A DNA stretch of 63,351 bases from an uncultured Neisseria sp. GTDB lineage: Bacteria; Pseudomonadota; Gammaproteobacteria; Burkholderiales; UBA11063. Positions 49,568 to 60,436 of this stretch are shown here, in pieces (position 1 is the first letter of the stretch; each line of letters opens with the position of its first letter). The notes beneath the pieces are model-generated. The model searched no databases. It was not told the origin of the DNA and saw nothing but the letters and a program-made list of their open reading frames with translations. A program made the position numbers and the translations under genes. The stretch is taken from NCBI GenBank assembly GCA_964545465.1, contig CAZJFO010000001.1:1-63351 (forward strand), read 5' to 3'.

Positions 49568-51700
49568 CTAATTATTTGGCAAATACTTACCAAATGTAAG
49601 ATGTTTTAGCGTAAAACTACTCGTCTCAGGTGCGAGGATAACAGCTATGGCAATTGGGGTGGTTTGGTCTAAGTTAAAATTAAACTCTGCGCTATCTTTG
49701 CTACTATCTAATTGTAAATTGCTGATGGCTTGTTGCGTATTTAAATTTATCACAAAAATGCCGGCAGCACCATTTGCAGTATACATGGTATTAATATAAT
49801 ATTTTCCAGCTCCAGCATGAATCATTTCAGTCATTAGTACTGGGCTTTGTGATTGCCCTGTAACGGTTTGTGATAAATCTGGATTAATAGTGTATTGTAC
49901 ACTTTGACTAGAGCGCCTGAATAAAGAACCATAATAATTATATTCATGATAATCGTTAATGTACGATTTATGCCATGGCATTTTACCCCATAAATCCTGA
50001 CCTAAACCATAGCTAGTAAGGTAAAACCATGACCTTGCATTATCCATCTCAGTATTTCTGAATTTGCTGATGTTATTGCTACTTAATTCATCAAATACCA
50101 CAAACCCATTATTAGTGCCGCAGCTTACATCTTGATAGTTAAGTGTTGGAGTTTTTGAACCAATCAGTGATAAAGTGTTTTGTTTATAATTATTATCAGT
50201 ATATACTAAGAAATTAACATTTTGCTTTGGTAATTGTAAATTAGCATTCCAATTATAGTCAAGGTTAGTTGCCATAGTACCAATTACTGTATAATTCAGG
50301 GTGTTTAATGGGTTTCCATTTAACAGTCTAGTTATCCAAAAATCACCAACTCCATCTTTTAAGTTGTATTGCTGCTTATATGATTCGATACATTTGCTCA
50401 AATCTTCACCAGGTATTTGATGTTTTTGCTGTCCTACGTATATAATGCTAAATAGAGATATTAAACCTAAACCTATTATTGATATTAATTTATAATTGTA
50501 TTTATCTAATAAATTGATGAGAAAAGCGGTAACTGTTAAAAAAGAAAAAATGGTAGACAGTTCATAATAATGACCGATTACTCCAGTATCAAGAAACACA
50601 GTACCGTGAGAAAATATTCCAGCAATGGTAACTAATAAAAAATTAATAAACGTAAGTAGTGCAAAAATTTTAATTAGATTAATTTTATAATCACTAACAA
50701 GGTGTTTTATACAGACGATAACGCCATAAGCAAGTGTAATTAAATAAGATATCCTTAACAATATTATATATGGATTAGTAAATCCTGAAAAATACTGATT
50801 TGATGCGTCAATAGCATTTTGAATTTCAATTGAAGTGCTTACTTCTCCACCTCGAAGTACATATCGCGCGGACGTTGAATATTGTTCTAATGCAAAAAAG
50901 CTAAAATATCCAATGATAGCAATTATAATTAGTATTATCGCAAGTTGTACGATTTTTCCTGAATTGTATAATGTAACATTTTTTAATTTCGATGATTTAC
51001 CTCTAGTTGCTTGTAAATTGTGAGAGGTTTTATTATGTATAAAAAATATACCAAGAAGTACTAATTCAGTTAGGATGGCATTATTAATAAATCTTAGTGT
51101 GGTTGAAGCAAAATATAGCGAGAATAAGGCAAATCCAATTAATCTATAGATGGGTATTTTAGTTGAGAAATGGTTAAAAATATTTATAAAACAAGCAATG
51201 CTTAAGATAATAAATGTGTCAACAAATAATAGATATAAATCGGTGGCGTGGATCGCAACTCCTTCAGGTGCACTACCGGCTAATATTGACATTATTGTCC
51301 AAATAAGTATCGCTAATGGTAGGAGAAAAAACCATTGCTTAAATTTTTGCGTATCAATTCCGGTTAGTTTTATAAAAGCTAAACTTGATAACAATAATAA
51401 TATTAGTTCAACATAGTTAACGATTAGAAAAAATACTGAGGATGAGTAGTAACTAAAAGAACCAATAAGATAGGAAAAAATATAAATAATTGCAAATAAA
51501 TTATATCCTGCAGCTACTGATTGTGAAAAATAACTATAATTGTCAGCATAAATACTTTTTATCCAGGTATAAGAGTTAGAGTCTCCGTTAAAATTAGTAA
51601 CGCTTGCTGGGTAAATAAAACAAAGCCCAATTAAATACAAAAAAACCACTAAAATTTCTAGGCGATGGTTTTTTATATAACTTATTATCATTTCAATCAT
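49568..51700 (-). CDS. Large polytopic membrane protein with C-terminal soluble domain (possible GT-C-type glycosyltransferase)
   Basis: Encoded on the MINUS strand (CAT at 51698-51700, CTA at 49568-49570); the ORF track label is wrong. About a dozen hydrophobic segments, an Asp in the first loop (NGDS), then a ~280-aa hydrophilic tail. Function is inferred only. Confidence 0.6.
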   Translation of the reverse strand: MIEMIISYIKNHRLEILVVFLYLIGLCFIYPASVTNFNGDSNSYTWIKSIYADNYSYFSQSVAAGYNLFAIIYIFSYLIGSFSYYSSSVFFLIVNYVELILLLLSSLAFIKLTGIDTQKFKQWFFLLPLAILIWTIMSILAGSAPEGVAIHATDLYLLFVDTFIILSIACFINIFNHFSTKIPIYRLIGFALFSLYFASTTLRFINNAILTELVLLGIFFIHNKTSHNLQATRGKSSKLKNVTLYNSGKIVQLAIILIIIAIIGYFSFFALEQYSTSARYVLRGGEVSTSIEIQNAIDASNQYFSGFTNPYIILLRISYLITLAYGVIVCIKHLVSDYKINLIKIFALLTFINFLLVTIAGIFSHGTVFLDTGVIGHYYELSTIFSFLTVTAFLINLLDKYNYKLISIIGLGLISLFSIIYVGQQKHQIPGEDLSKCIESYKQQYNLKDGVGDFWITRLLNGNPLNTLNYTVIGTMATNLDYNWNANLQLPKQNVNFLVYTDNNYKQNTLSLIGSKTPTLNYQDVSCGTNNGFVVFDELSSNNISKFRNTEMDNARSWFYLTSYGLGQDLWGKMPWHKSYINDYHEYNYYGSLFRRSSQSVQYTINPDLSQTVTGQSQSPVLMTEMIHAGAGKYYINTMYTANGAAGIFVINLNTQQAISNLQLDSSKDSAEFNFNLDQTTPIAIAVILAPETSSFTLKHLTFGKYLPNN

Positions 51701-51783
51701 AATTTACTTTCATTAATACGTTTAGTAGTGTATTATAATATATAATATTGGGATATATAAGAATAAATTCATGAAAGAGAATA

Positions 51784-53670
51784 ATGGCAATAATTACAAT
51801 TGATAAGGCAAGTCTTGCTTTTGGACACTATACACTACTTGATAAAGTTAGTTTCGGAATTGAAAAGGGTGACAAGATTGGTCTAATCGGTAGAAATGGT
51901 GCTGGAAAATCATCCCTCCTAAAGGCATTAGCAACTACCATCAAACTTGACGATGGACAAATTTATTATACTGAAGGTACCAAAGTAGTTTATGTCCCTC
52001 AAGAGCCTATATTAGATCCAAAACATACTATTTTTAATGAAGTATTCTCAGGTCTTGGTGAAGTGCGCCAGTTATTAAGTGAGTATTATGAAATACTTGA
52101 TAGAATGGCAACTGATTATACAGATGATTTATTGGATACTCTTAATGATCTACAAGAAAAACTAGAGCATGCAAATGCTTTTGCATCTAAAAACCTCATT
52201 GATAAAGTATTAACCGATTTGGGGCTTGATGGACATCAAAGTGTTGGCGAGTTATCTGGTGGTGTTAAGAAAAAAGTTGCAATAGCAAGAGCTTTGGTTG
52301 CCCAGCCTGATGTTTTATTACTTGATGAACCAACCAATCATTTGGATATAACCGCGACTTTATGGCTTGAAAAAGTAGTTAATGATTTTAATGGTACCGT
52401 AGTATTAATTACCCATGATAGAACTTTTCTTGATAAGACTGTCAATAAAATTATAGAATTAGATCGAGGGCGGCTTAATGTATATCCTGGAAGCTTTGCT
52501 AAATATCAAGAGTATAAAGCACAGCAATTAGCTGATGAAGCTAAAATAAACCATGAGTTTGATAAATTTCTAGCCCAAGAAGAGGTTTGGATTAGAAAAG
52601 GTATTGAGGCAAGACGAACAAGAAATGAAGGGCGTGTTAGACGGCTTGAGCAATTAAGAGTTGATAGGGCAGCTCGTCGTGATAGGGTAGGTAAGGTAAA
52701 CTTTCAGGTGGATCGTGGCTCTTTATCGGGTAAGATAGTAGCTGAGCTAGATAAAGTAAATATTAGATTTGACAATAGAAATATTGTGAAAAATTTCACA
52801 ACAACAGTTATGCGTGGAGATAAAGTAGGTCTAATTGGTCCTAATGGTATTGGTAAATCAACACTACTTAAGATAATCCTTGGAGAACAAGAGCCAGATA
52901 ATGGTACGACTAAATTAGGTACCAAAGTTGAAATTGCTTATTTTGATCAATTCCGTGAGCAGCTTGATGAAGAGGCAACTATTGCTGAGGTAGTTAGTCA
53001 AGGTCAGGATTTTATTGAAGTAAATGGCAGGAAGATTCATGTGGCTACTTATTTAGAGGATTTCTTATTTGCTCCAGCTCGTTTTAGATCTCAAGTTAAA
53101 TCATTATCTGGGGGTGAACGTAATCGCCTTCTCTTAGCTCGGTTATTTTCGCGTCCTGCCAATGTACTAGTACTAGATGAGCCAACTAATGATTTAGATA
53201 TTGAAACGTTAGAGCTTCTTGAGGAGCTACTTATTAACTATACAGGTACTGTTTTTTTAGTAAGTCATGATAGGGCGTTTCTTGATAATGTTGTTACTCA
53301 GTCATATGTGTTTATGGGGGATGGAGACATTCTAGAATTAGCAGGCGGATACTCGGATTGGCTTGATTATAAAGTACGAATGTTACCATTATCAAATACG
53401 AATAAAATTGTATCAAATACTAAAGAGCCTCAAGTAATTAAAAAATCACGCTCAAAATTATCATTTAAAGAAAAAACTGAATTAGAAAGTTTACCAAAGA
53501 TTTTGGAGACTCTTGAAGAAGAGCAAGGTATTCTACAGCAAAAATTGGCTGATGTTAATCTATATAAAACAGACTCAGAAAAAGCGATACAATATCAAAC
53601 GCGCTTGGCACAAATAGATGAAGAATTGCTAGTTAAGTTAGCACGTTGGGAAGAATTAGAAGGTAATTAA
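51784..53670 (+). CDS. uup: ABC-F ATPase Uup
   Basis: Two ABC domains (GRNGAGKS, GPNGIGKS), LAQEEVWIRKGIEARRTRNEGRVR linker, C-terminal RWEELE. Confidence 0.94.
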   Translation: MAIITIDKASLAFGHYTLLDKVSFGIEKGDKIGLIGRNGAGKSSLLKALATTIKLDDGQIYYTEGTKVVYVPQEPILDPKHTIFNEVFSGLGEVRQLLSEYYEILDRMATDYTDDLLDTLNDLQEKLEHANAFASKNLIDKVLTDLGLDGHQSVGELSGGVKKKVAIARALVAQPDVLLLDEPTNHLDITATLWLEKVVNDFNGTVVLITHDRTFLDKTVNKIIELDRGRLNVYPGSFAKYQEYKAQQLADEAKINHEFDKFLAQEEVWIRKGIEARRTRNEGRVRRLEQLRVDRAARRDRVGKVNFQVDRGSLSGKIVAELDKVNIRFDNRNIVKNFTTTVMRGDKVGLIGPNGIGKSTLLKIILGEQEPDNGTTKLGTKVEIAYFDQFREQLDEEATIAEVVSQGQDFIEVNGRKIHVATYLEDFLFAPARFRSQVKSLSGGERNRLLLARLFSRPANVLVLDEPTNDLDIETLELLEELLINYTGTVFLVSHDRAFLDNVVTQSYVFMGDGDILELAGGYSDWLDYKVRMLPLSNTNKIVSNTKEPQVIKKSRSKLSFKEKTELESLPKILETLEEEQGILQQKLADVNLYKTDSEKAIQYQTRLAQIDEELLVKLARWEELEGN

Positions 53671-53671
53671 A

Positions 53672-54865
53672 ATGGAAGCTATACACCAATATATATGTAC
53701 ACAAATACAAACTATTTTGGGGGTTACAGAAGCTCATGGTATTGTTGTTATTGCGTATCTTGTATTGATAGGATTTGTGTTTGCGATTTCAATCGGGGCT
53801 TATATTACTACTCGTATATTAATAGCACCGCTTATTCAAAGAGCTTTTAAGCATACTAAATCAATTTATCTACATGTAATTGCTGAAAATAAAACTATGG
53901 CAGCATTATCGCATTTTATTAGTGCTATTATACTTTATGCTGGAACCCAATTTATAAAAGAGCAAAGTGGAGCTGATTTTGCATATTTACAACAAGTTGT
54001 CTGCTCTATAGCAGTTTTGTATGTTTTTCTTAGTTTAATGTTTATTATTAGTTATATGATTTGGTCACTTAATCAGTATTATATTAAGAAATTTCATTTT
54101 TCGAATCAATATCCAATATATAGTTATCTTAAAGTTACAATTGTAATTGCATGGTTGATTTGGGGGATTTTGATAGCTGCATATTTTGCTAATACTTCGC
54201 CTCTTGCTCTTTTGACTGGGCTTGGTGCTGTATCGGCTATATTTCTATTGTTATTTCGCGATTCATTACTTGGAATTGTAGCAAGTATTCAAGTTACAGC
54301 ATCTAATATAGTAAGAATAGGGGATAGGATAGTTCTTGATAAATATAATGTTGATGGGGAAGTGATTGATATTGCAATTACTACAGTTAAGGTGCTAAAT
54401 TCGGATAATACTATTGTAACTATTCCAACATATTCTCTAATTTCCGAGGTGGTTAAAAATTGGCGTGGTGTAATTGAGATTGGTGGGCGGAGAATTAAAC
54501 GTTCTTTATACTTAGATATAGATAGTATTGTAGTTTGTGACCAAGAGTTGCTTAAAAAACTAAGTGAAGTGCAAGTGCTGCGAGAGTATATAGATGCTCA
54601 CCATGGCAAGGAGATTATTAATTTATCATTATATCGTATCTATCTTCTTGACTACTTAGTAAAACATTCAGGTATTAATAATAAATTCGTTACAGTAGTA
54701 CGCCATTTAGAATCAGGGGTAAATGGCCTTCCTGTTGAAATTTATGCATTTAGTAATAAAACTGAATTTGTTGGATATGAAACAATCCAAGCTGATATTT
54801 TTGAACATTGTTTTGTAGCTCTTGGAAGGTTTAATCTAAGAATTCTTCAGTATCCACATCCATGA
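53672..54865 (+). CDS. MscS-family mechanosensitive channel (YbdG-like)
   Basis: GLGAVSAI...FRDSLLGIVASIQ, DGEVIDI...TTVKV, NWRG...GGRRIKRS, GLPVEIYAF. Confidence 0.9.
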   Translation: MEAIHQYICTQIQTILGVTEAHGIVVIAYLVLIGFVFAISIGAYITTRILIAPLIQRAFKHTKSIYLHVIAENKTMAALSHFISAIILYAGTQFIKEQSGADFAYLQQVVCSIAVLYVFLSLMFIISYMIWSLNQYYIKKFHFSNQYPIYSYLKVTIVIAWLIWGILIAAYFANTSPLALLTGLGAVSAIFLLLFRDSLLGIVASIQVTASNIVRIGDRIVLDKYNVDGEVIDIAITTVKVLNSDNTIVTIPTYSLISEVVKNWRGVIEIGGRRIKRSLYLDIDSIVVCDQELLKKLSEVQVLREYIDAHHGKEIINLSLYRIYLLDYLVKHSGINNKFVTVVRHLESGVNGLPVEIYAFSNKTEFVGYETIQADIFEHCFVALGRFNLRILQYPHP

Positions 54866-54891
54866 AAATATTTAATTTTTGAGTCCAATTT

Positions 54892-56187
54892 ATGAAAGAA
54901 GCGCTTATGTCGACAGAAATAAATTACACGTTGCGTAAATGGTATTTTAGTCTATGGTTTTGGGTGTTAATCTTTATGGTTTTAGGTGTAGCACTTGGTG
55001 TCTATAATCCACATTTAGCACGGCAAACTAAACCTATTATTGATGATTTTATTGAAGTTGTAAAAGTTTTAGTTTGCCCGATTATCTTTTTAACCGTTGT
55101 AACTGGTGTGGTTGGTATGGGAAGTTTAAAAAAACTAGGTACTATAGGAGGTAAAGCTTTTTTATACTTTGAAGCTGTTTCTACGGTGGCTTTAATTGTT
55201 GGGCTATCTCTTGGGCATCTATTTCATCCTGGAAATGGGATGAATTTAACAATAGCACAAATGAATCCAAGCTTAGTTAGTAAATATCTAAATAACCAAG
55301 CACCAGTTGATAGTATCAGTAAAATTTTCCTTATGATTGTGCCATCTGATCCAATTTCTCCATTTATTCAGGGTAATACGTTACAAGTTCTTTTTATAGC
55401 TATAATATGTGGGTTTATCCTGTTTTATTTTAGTGGTAAATATCAGCAACTAATTATGCAAAAATTAAAACGGCTACAACATTATGCTTTCAAAATTCTA
55501 TCTATTGTGATGTTGTTTTCCCCAATAGCAGCATTTGCAGCTATGTCATTTATGATAGGAGAGTTTGGTGTTGGGATAATCTTTAATATGTTAGGGTTGG
55601 TTCTAGCTATGATAGTAAGTTGCATGTTTTTCGTAGTAGTTATCCTTGGTATGATTGCTAAGCTAGCTGGGTTTAGTATTTTTAAATTTTTGAAATTTAT
55701 TAAAGATGAAATTATCTTAGTTTTTGCAACCTCATCAAGTGAAAGTGCTTTAGGGCCAATAATCAAAAAGCTAACTAATAATGGAGCAAGTGATTCTGTG
55801 GTTGGAATAGTAATTCCTGCGGGTTATAGTTTTAATTTGGATGGAACTAATATATATCTAACACTTGTGATAGCATTTTTATGTCATGCATTTAATATTG
55901 AATTAAATATTTATGATTATATACTTATTATTGTTACTTTAATGGCAACTAGTAAAGGTGCTGCTGGTGTTAGTGGGGCAGGGTTTATCGTTTTAGCAGG
56001 CACATTAGCTGCCATGAATGGTAAAATTCCATTAGTAACCATTGGGGTTTTACTTGGAATAGATAAAATAATGAGTGAGTTAAGAAGCGTAACAAATCTA
56101 ATTGGTAATAGTTTAGCCGCAGTTATTATCTCCAAATGGGAAAAACAATTAGATATTCATAAATTTATGGAAGCTTTAAATAAATAA
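54892..56187 (+). CDS. dctA: Cation:dicarboxylate symporter (DAACS)
   Basis: PIIFLTVVTG, TSSSES, GYSFNLDGT, SKGAAGVSGAGF, NLIGN. Confidence 0.88.
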   Translation: MKEALMSTEINYTLRKWYFSLWFWVLIFMVLGVALGVYNPHLARQTKPIIDDFIEVVKVLVCPIIFLTVVTGVVGMGSLKKLGTIGGKAFLYFEAVSTVALIVGLSLGHLFHPGNGMNLTIAQMNPSLVSKYLNNQAPVDSISKIFLMIVPSDPISPFIQGNTLQVLFIAIICGFILFYFSGKYQQLIMQKLKRLQHYAFKILSIVMLFSPIAAFAAMSFMIGEFGVGIIFNMLGLVLAMIVSCMFFVVVILGMIAKLAGFSIFKFLKFIKDEIILVFATSSSESALGPIIKKLTNNGASDSVVGIVIPAGYSFNLDGTNIYLTLVIAFLCHAFNIELNIYDYILIIVTLMATSKGAAGVSGAGFIVLAGTLAAMNGKIPLVTIGVLLGIDKIMSELRSVTNLIGNSLAAVIISKWEKQLDIHKFMEALNK

Positions 56188-56304
56188 AAAATATTCTTAA
56201 TCGCTTTGAGGGCGACCAAGTAATGTCTAGCCATGAGACTTTGGAAGGTTACTCCAACGTAAGCATCAACGATAGCTATACATTATCTTTCATATCAGCT
56301 TAAA

Positions 56305-57543
56305 CTAATAACTATTTGACCAACTAGAATCAATAATATCACCACTAATTTTATTTAATTTGGTTTGTGTAGTTCCGTTAACATTTACTATATACATACT
56401 ACTATTGCTTGAAAACAGTATTAGTTTATCATTTGGTGCAAAACTAGGGTTAATATCAAGACTTGAATTCATACTCACTGGATATGCTGTTTTGGTGGCT
56501 AAATTCATTACATAGGTTTTAAGTGTTCCATAATTACGATTAATAAACACCATTTTGCTTAGATCGTGTGATAAATGAGGTGTAGTGTTATAATTACCTA
56601 AATTTAAGGTCATTCTAACAGGTTTAGAACCTTTTAAATCAGTCATAAAAATCTGTGGGCCACCATCATGGTTTGAAGTAAACACAATGCTACCATTTTT
56701 GCCAATTGAGGCTTCAGTATCAATTGAACCAAAGTTAATTAAACTAGCTGTTGGCGAGTTAGATTTAAAAGGTTTATTATTTACTAAGTATACGTGTGAT
56801 CCGTAGTCCTTCGTTAGCGTAACAGCTAGTTGTGAAGCATTACTAGTAAAAGCTGGTGATGAATTAGATCCACTATAGTTTGATACTATGTAGCGGTTTG
56901 TTTTGTATAAATCTTGTACATATACGACAGGTTTGCCAAGCTCTAAAGTAGCATAAGAAATTTGCTGTCCAGTATTGTCCCAAGCAAGAGAAATAATCGG
57001 AGATTTAGTGGTTAATAAAGTTTTTTGATTATAACCGTCATAATCAGAAATAACTATTGAATAGCTCTTACCTGAATGTAAAATATATGCAATTTTAGAG
57101 GCGAATACCCCAGCTATATTAGTTAGTTGTTTATAAATAGCATTACTACTGGTGTGTGCAACTTTTCGGATGTTACCATCTGGGTTGAAGCTAAATATTT
57201 GATTTGATAGAGTTTTAATTCCAGATTCCGTGGCTATGTTATTGGTGAGTTTAAAAGACAATTGGTTTCCATTATTAATCTCCCCAGTAATAATATATTG
57301 TACTGAACTTTCTATACGATCTAAACTACTATATTTTTTTACGTTAAATTCACCAGTTATAGTTAAATCACTAGCAATAATATCAGTAATACTATTGTCT
57401 CCAAATGTATCGCTTTCGAATTTTACTATTGCAATTGACGGTAGTCCCATGCCGCTGCCACCAACAATATCGATATTTTGATCGGCATTAGCCTCAAAAG
57501 ATATTATAAGTAGTCCGATAAATCCAAGAATTTTAATTTTCAT
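56305..57543 (-). CDS. tolB: TolB beta-propeller protein
   Basis: PSIAIV, IIASDL, SKIAY, SDYDGYN, PD40-like repeats (SSPAF, GGPQIF, NPSFAPN). Confidence 0.88.
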   Translation of the reverse strand: MKIKILGFIGLLIISFEANADQNIDIVGGSGMGLPSIAIVKFESDTFGDNSITDIIASDLTITGEFNVKKYSSLDRIESSVQYIITGEINNGNQLSFKLTNNIATESGIKTLSNQIFSFNPDGNIRKVAHTSSNAIYKQLTNIAGVFASKIAYILHSGKSYSIVISDYDGYNQKTLLTTKSPIISLAWDNTGQQISYATLELGKPVVYVQDLYKTNRYIVSNYSGSNSSPAFTSNASQLAVTLTKDYGSHVYLVNNKPFKSNSPTASLINFGSIDTEASIGKNGSIVFTSNHDGGPQIFMTDLKGSKPVRMTLNLGNYNTTPHLSHDLSKMVFINRNYGTLKTYVMNLATKTAYPVSMNSSLDINPSFAPNDKLILFSSNSSMYIVNVNGTTQTKLNKISGDIIDSSWSNSY

Positions 57544-57557
57544 ATGTACTCTTTCTA

Positions 57558-58262
57558 TTATTGAGGTTTAAAAGTTAATTTTAGTTTACGAAAATCGTTA
57601 AAGTTAGCGCCAGTAGGTAGTGGTGGAAATGTTTCTACACGATTAATTGCTTGTTGAACTGCATCGTCATATAAACTATTACCACTAGAGCTAACCATCT
57701 GCATCTTATATATCTGCATATTTGGGAGTAATGTTACTTCTATAACCACCTTGGTATTCGGGTCAAGGTTATTAGGCATAACAACAAAAGGTCTAACCCG
57801 TGCAATTACTAAATCAGCATAATTAGCTGTAATATTGTTGGTGTCTGATGTGCCTAAATTTGAACCACCTGTTACCTTGCCTTTGCTGTTGCCTTTTGAG
57901 GGTACGATATCATTTAATAAATCAGTAACATCTACATTTGGTGGCGGTTTCTTATTTGGTGCTGGTGTTGGTAAAACCTTAGGTGGTGTTTGGACTTTGG
58001 GTACTAATTTAGGTACTGGTTGTGTGTCAGGCTGTTTTAATTTTACATCTGCAATATTATTATTTTGTATGGCATCAGTTGTTGGTGTTGCTGGAATTGC
58101 TCGTTGTTGTACCTCTGGTGGAGAGGATACTAACTCAACCTCCATTCCATCAGAACGAGAAGGTACTAATATATTAGGGTTTCTCAGGTTTAGCACCAAA
58201 GCTATTAATAGTACATGGAATAATAGCGAAATTACTAAACCACGATTATCTTTTTTATCCAT
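57558..58262 (-). CDS. tolA: TolA/TonB-like energy transducer
   Basis: TM anchor with SxxxH (SLLFH), Pro/Lys-rich linker, C-terminal SSGNSLYDDAVQQAI; lies between tolR and tolB. Confidence 0.75.
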   Translation of the reverse strand: MDKKDNRGLVISLLFHVLLIALVLNLRNPNILVPSRSDGMEVELVSSPPEVQQRAIPATPTTDAIQNNNIADVKLKQPDTQPVPKLVPKVQTPPKVLPTPAPNKKPPPNVDVTDLLNDIVPSKGNSKGKVTGGSNLGTSDTNNITANYADLVIARVRPFVVMPNNLDPNTKVVIEVTLLPNMQIYKMQMVSSSGNSLYDDAVQQAINRVETFPPLPTGANFNDFRKLKLTFKPQ

Positions 58263-58282
58263 TACGTTTTTAAAACCTATTG

Positions 58283-58693
58283 TTAACTATTACGCTCTTT
58301 TACTACAAGGGCTACTTTTTTTACACCTGAAGCGTATAGTTTATCTATCACAACAATTACGTTATTATATTGAACCTCTTTATCTGCTGAGATTACAACT
58401 GGTGTATCACCAGTAGCTAAACTGTGAACTTGACTAATTAAACTATCAATACTATTAACTGGAGTTGTTGTATTGTCTTTGGTTATTGAAAAACCACCAT
58501 CTTTACTGATATTAATTTCTACTGGTTGCTGTGTTACTTGAGCTGCTTTACCTACGCTAGGTAGGTTAATTACTCCAGGTACAAACATTGGTGCTGTTAC
58601 CATAAAAATAATTAGTAATACTAGCATTACATCAATATACGGCACCACATTCATTTGATTAATTAAGCCATTGGTTTTAGCCCTACGTCTCAT
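58283..58693 (-). CDS. tolR: TolR/ExbD
   Basis: MNVVPYIDVMLVLLIIFMVTAP, ISADKEVQY. Confidence 0.9.
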   Translation of the reverse strand: MRRRAKTNGLINQMNVVPYIDVMLVLLIIFMVTAPMFVPGVINLPSVGKAAQVTQQPVEINISKDGGFSITKDNTTTPVNSIDSLISQVHSLATGDTPVVISADKEVQYNNVIVVIDKLYASGVKKVALVVKERNS

Positions 58694-59347
58694 TTAAGCC
58701 CCTTTTTTATAAGCTATGGTTAATCCATCTGCAATTGGTAACATGCAAATATCTACTCGTGGATCATTTTTTATTATTTCATTTAGTTTTTTTATTGCTA
58801 GTGCTGAATTTGAAGGTTCTTCTTCTAGTACAGCACCTTTAAACAAGACATTATCTACCAAAATCAAACCACCAACTCTAACTAGTTGATAACAATATTC
58901 ATAGTATGTGGGATAATCTGTTTTATTAGCATCAATAAAAGCAATGTCAAATTGTTCCTTATCGACAATAAGTTTAGCACATGATAAAGCTGCTGGGCCT
59001 TCTATTACTCTAATTTGTTTCTCAACATTAGCCTCAATCCAAAATTCTCGAGCCGTTTTTAAGTACTCACTACGTAATTCAAGTCCAGTAACATGGCTAT
59101 CAGATCCCATAGCTAGAGCCATAGTTAAAGAGCTATAGCCAGTAAATACTCCAAACTCAAGATAGTGTTTAGCACCTATTATCTTGGCAAGTAGCCCCAT
59201 AAGCTGACCTTGATCAACTGAAATCTGCATTTGCCGATTTTTAAGCTTGGCAGTTTCATTTCTTAACTTTGTAAGTACTGGGTGCTCTCGTGCCCCAAAA
59301 TCTACTACGTATTGATACAAATCTTCGCTAAGTACTGTTTTTGGCAT
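58694..59347 (-). CDS. Class I SAM-dependent O-methyltransferase (CCoAOMT/COMT-like)
   Basis: MQISVDQG, LEFGVFTGYS, FIDANK, GGLILVDNVL, DGLT. Confidence 0.9.
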   Translation of the reverse strand: MPKTVLSEDLYQYVVDFGAREHPVLTKLRNETAKLKNRQMQISVDQGQLMGLLAKIIGAKHYLEFGVFTGYSSLTMALAMGSDSHVTGLELRSEYLKTAREFWIEANVEKQIRVIEGPAALSCAKLIVDKEQFDIAFIDANKTDYPTYYEYCYQLVRVGGLILVDNVLFKGAVLEEEPSNSALAIKKLNEIIKNDPRVDICMLPIADGLTIAYKKGA

Positions 59348-59560
59348 TTATTTAGCATCACTTGAGTAATCAAAATAAGCATAGCCATGTTTGGGTGTTG
59401 AGATATCTTTATAAATTTGTTGCTCCTCATTATCAATAAAATCTTTATCCCACCAAGTACTTCTTAGTCGTTTTTGTGTTTCTTTAATTTGAGGCTTTTT
59501 TTGTAACAAGTTATTAATAAATGTATCAACTTCTGAAACAAATCTCCTATTTAATGTCAT
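59348..59560 (-). CDS. DUF3460-like small protein
   Basis: FVSEVDTFINNLLQKKP...QKRLRSTWWDK...GYAY pattern. Confidence 0.7.
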   Translation of the reverse strand: MTLNRRFVSEVDTFINNLLQKKPQIKETQKRLRSTWWDKDFIDNEEQQIYKDISTPKHGYAYFDYSSDAK

Positions 59561-59583
59561 TTATATTTCTTTCTTAAAAATAG

Positions 59584-60426
59584 TTATTTCTTTACGCCTA
59601 ATTGCCTTAGACGTTCTTGTAAAAATGAGCCGGCAGTGTAGCGTGATGACAAAATAACATCCGGTCTAGCATGCAAAAACAGCGGGATTGAATACCTTGA
59701 TTTTAAGCGGTTTTCATTAGTTGGGTTTATAACTTGATGTACTGTTGATTTATAAAACCCATCAGTTGCTTCTTGTAACATATCACCTATATTAATTGAT
59801 AGCATTCCAGGGTCAACTGGTACTTCAAACCATTTGCCATTAACGTCCTTAACTTGTAATCCCGACTCTGAAGCAGCTACTAAAACGGTAAGTAAATTAA
59901 TATCAGTATGAGCCCCAGCCCTTACAGCACCAACTGTTTCATTTCCTGTTAATGGCGGGTAATGAAGCATTCGCATAAGGATTTGTTCGGAATTCTTTAT
60001 CATGTCAGATAATGGTTCTGTTAGTTTACTCTGAATTTTAGGAGGTAAGTTGTCCTCTACCCATTGTAATAATGTAATTGCAATGTCAGTCATTTGCGCT
60101 TGTAGCTGTTTAGTTTTGTTAGTTAGCTCTTTTGGGTATTGCCCCCAAGTATAATAATGATAAAATTCTTTAATATCTTTAATATTATAACCAACAGCAG
60201 TTTCGGAAACATTTATTGGAAATAAACCATCTTGAGTATCATTGTTGTAAAGGTAATTCATCTTATAGTCAGATGCAAAAAACTCCGCCCATTCTCCAAA
60301 TACTTCTTTGACCAAATTATAATCAATAGGATGGTTTTTAATTACTGCAAATCCTGTATTAATAAGTGAGTTTGTGAACCCTTTACTCGCTGTTTGCGAT
60401 TTAAAATCTATTTGTGCTACTTGCAT
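59584..60426 (-). CDS. 2-oxoglutarate/Fe(II)-dependent oxygenase (IPNS-like)
   Basis: TGFAVIKNH, LHYPP, HTD, GLQV, NIGDML, H...RYS motif. Confidence 0.9.
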   Translation of the reverse strand: MQVAQIDFKSQTASKGFTNSLINTGFAVIKNHPIDYNLVKEVFGEWAEFFASDYKMNYLYNNDTQDGLFPINVSETAVGYNIKDIKEFYHYYTWGQYPKELTNKTKQLQAQMTDIAITLLQWVEDNLPPKIQSKLTEPLSDMIKNSEQILMRMLHYPPLTGNETVGAVRAGAHTDINLLTVLVAASESGLQVKDVNGKWFEVPVDPGMLSINIGDMLQEATDGFYKSTVHQVINPTNENRLKSRYSIPLFLHARPDVILSSRYTAGSFLQERLRQLGVKK

Positions 60427-60436
60427 ATTTATATCC

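Noticed and set aside
49568-51700. Plus-strand assignment given in the ORF track
   Set aside because: The listed protein is the reverse-complement translation; start and stop codons are on the minus strand.
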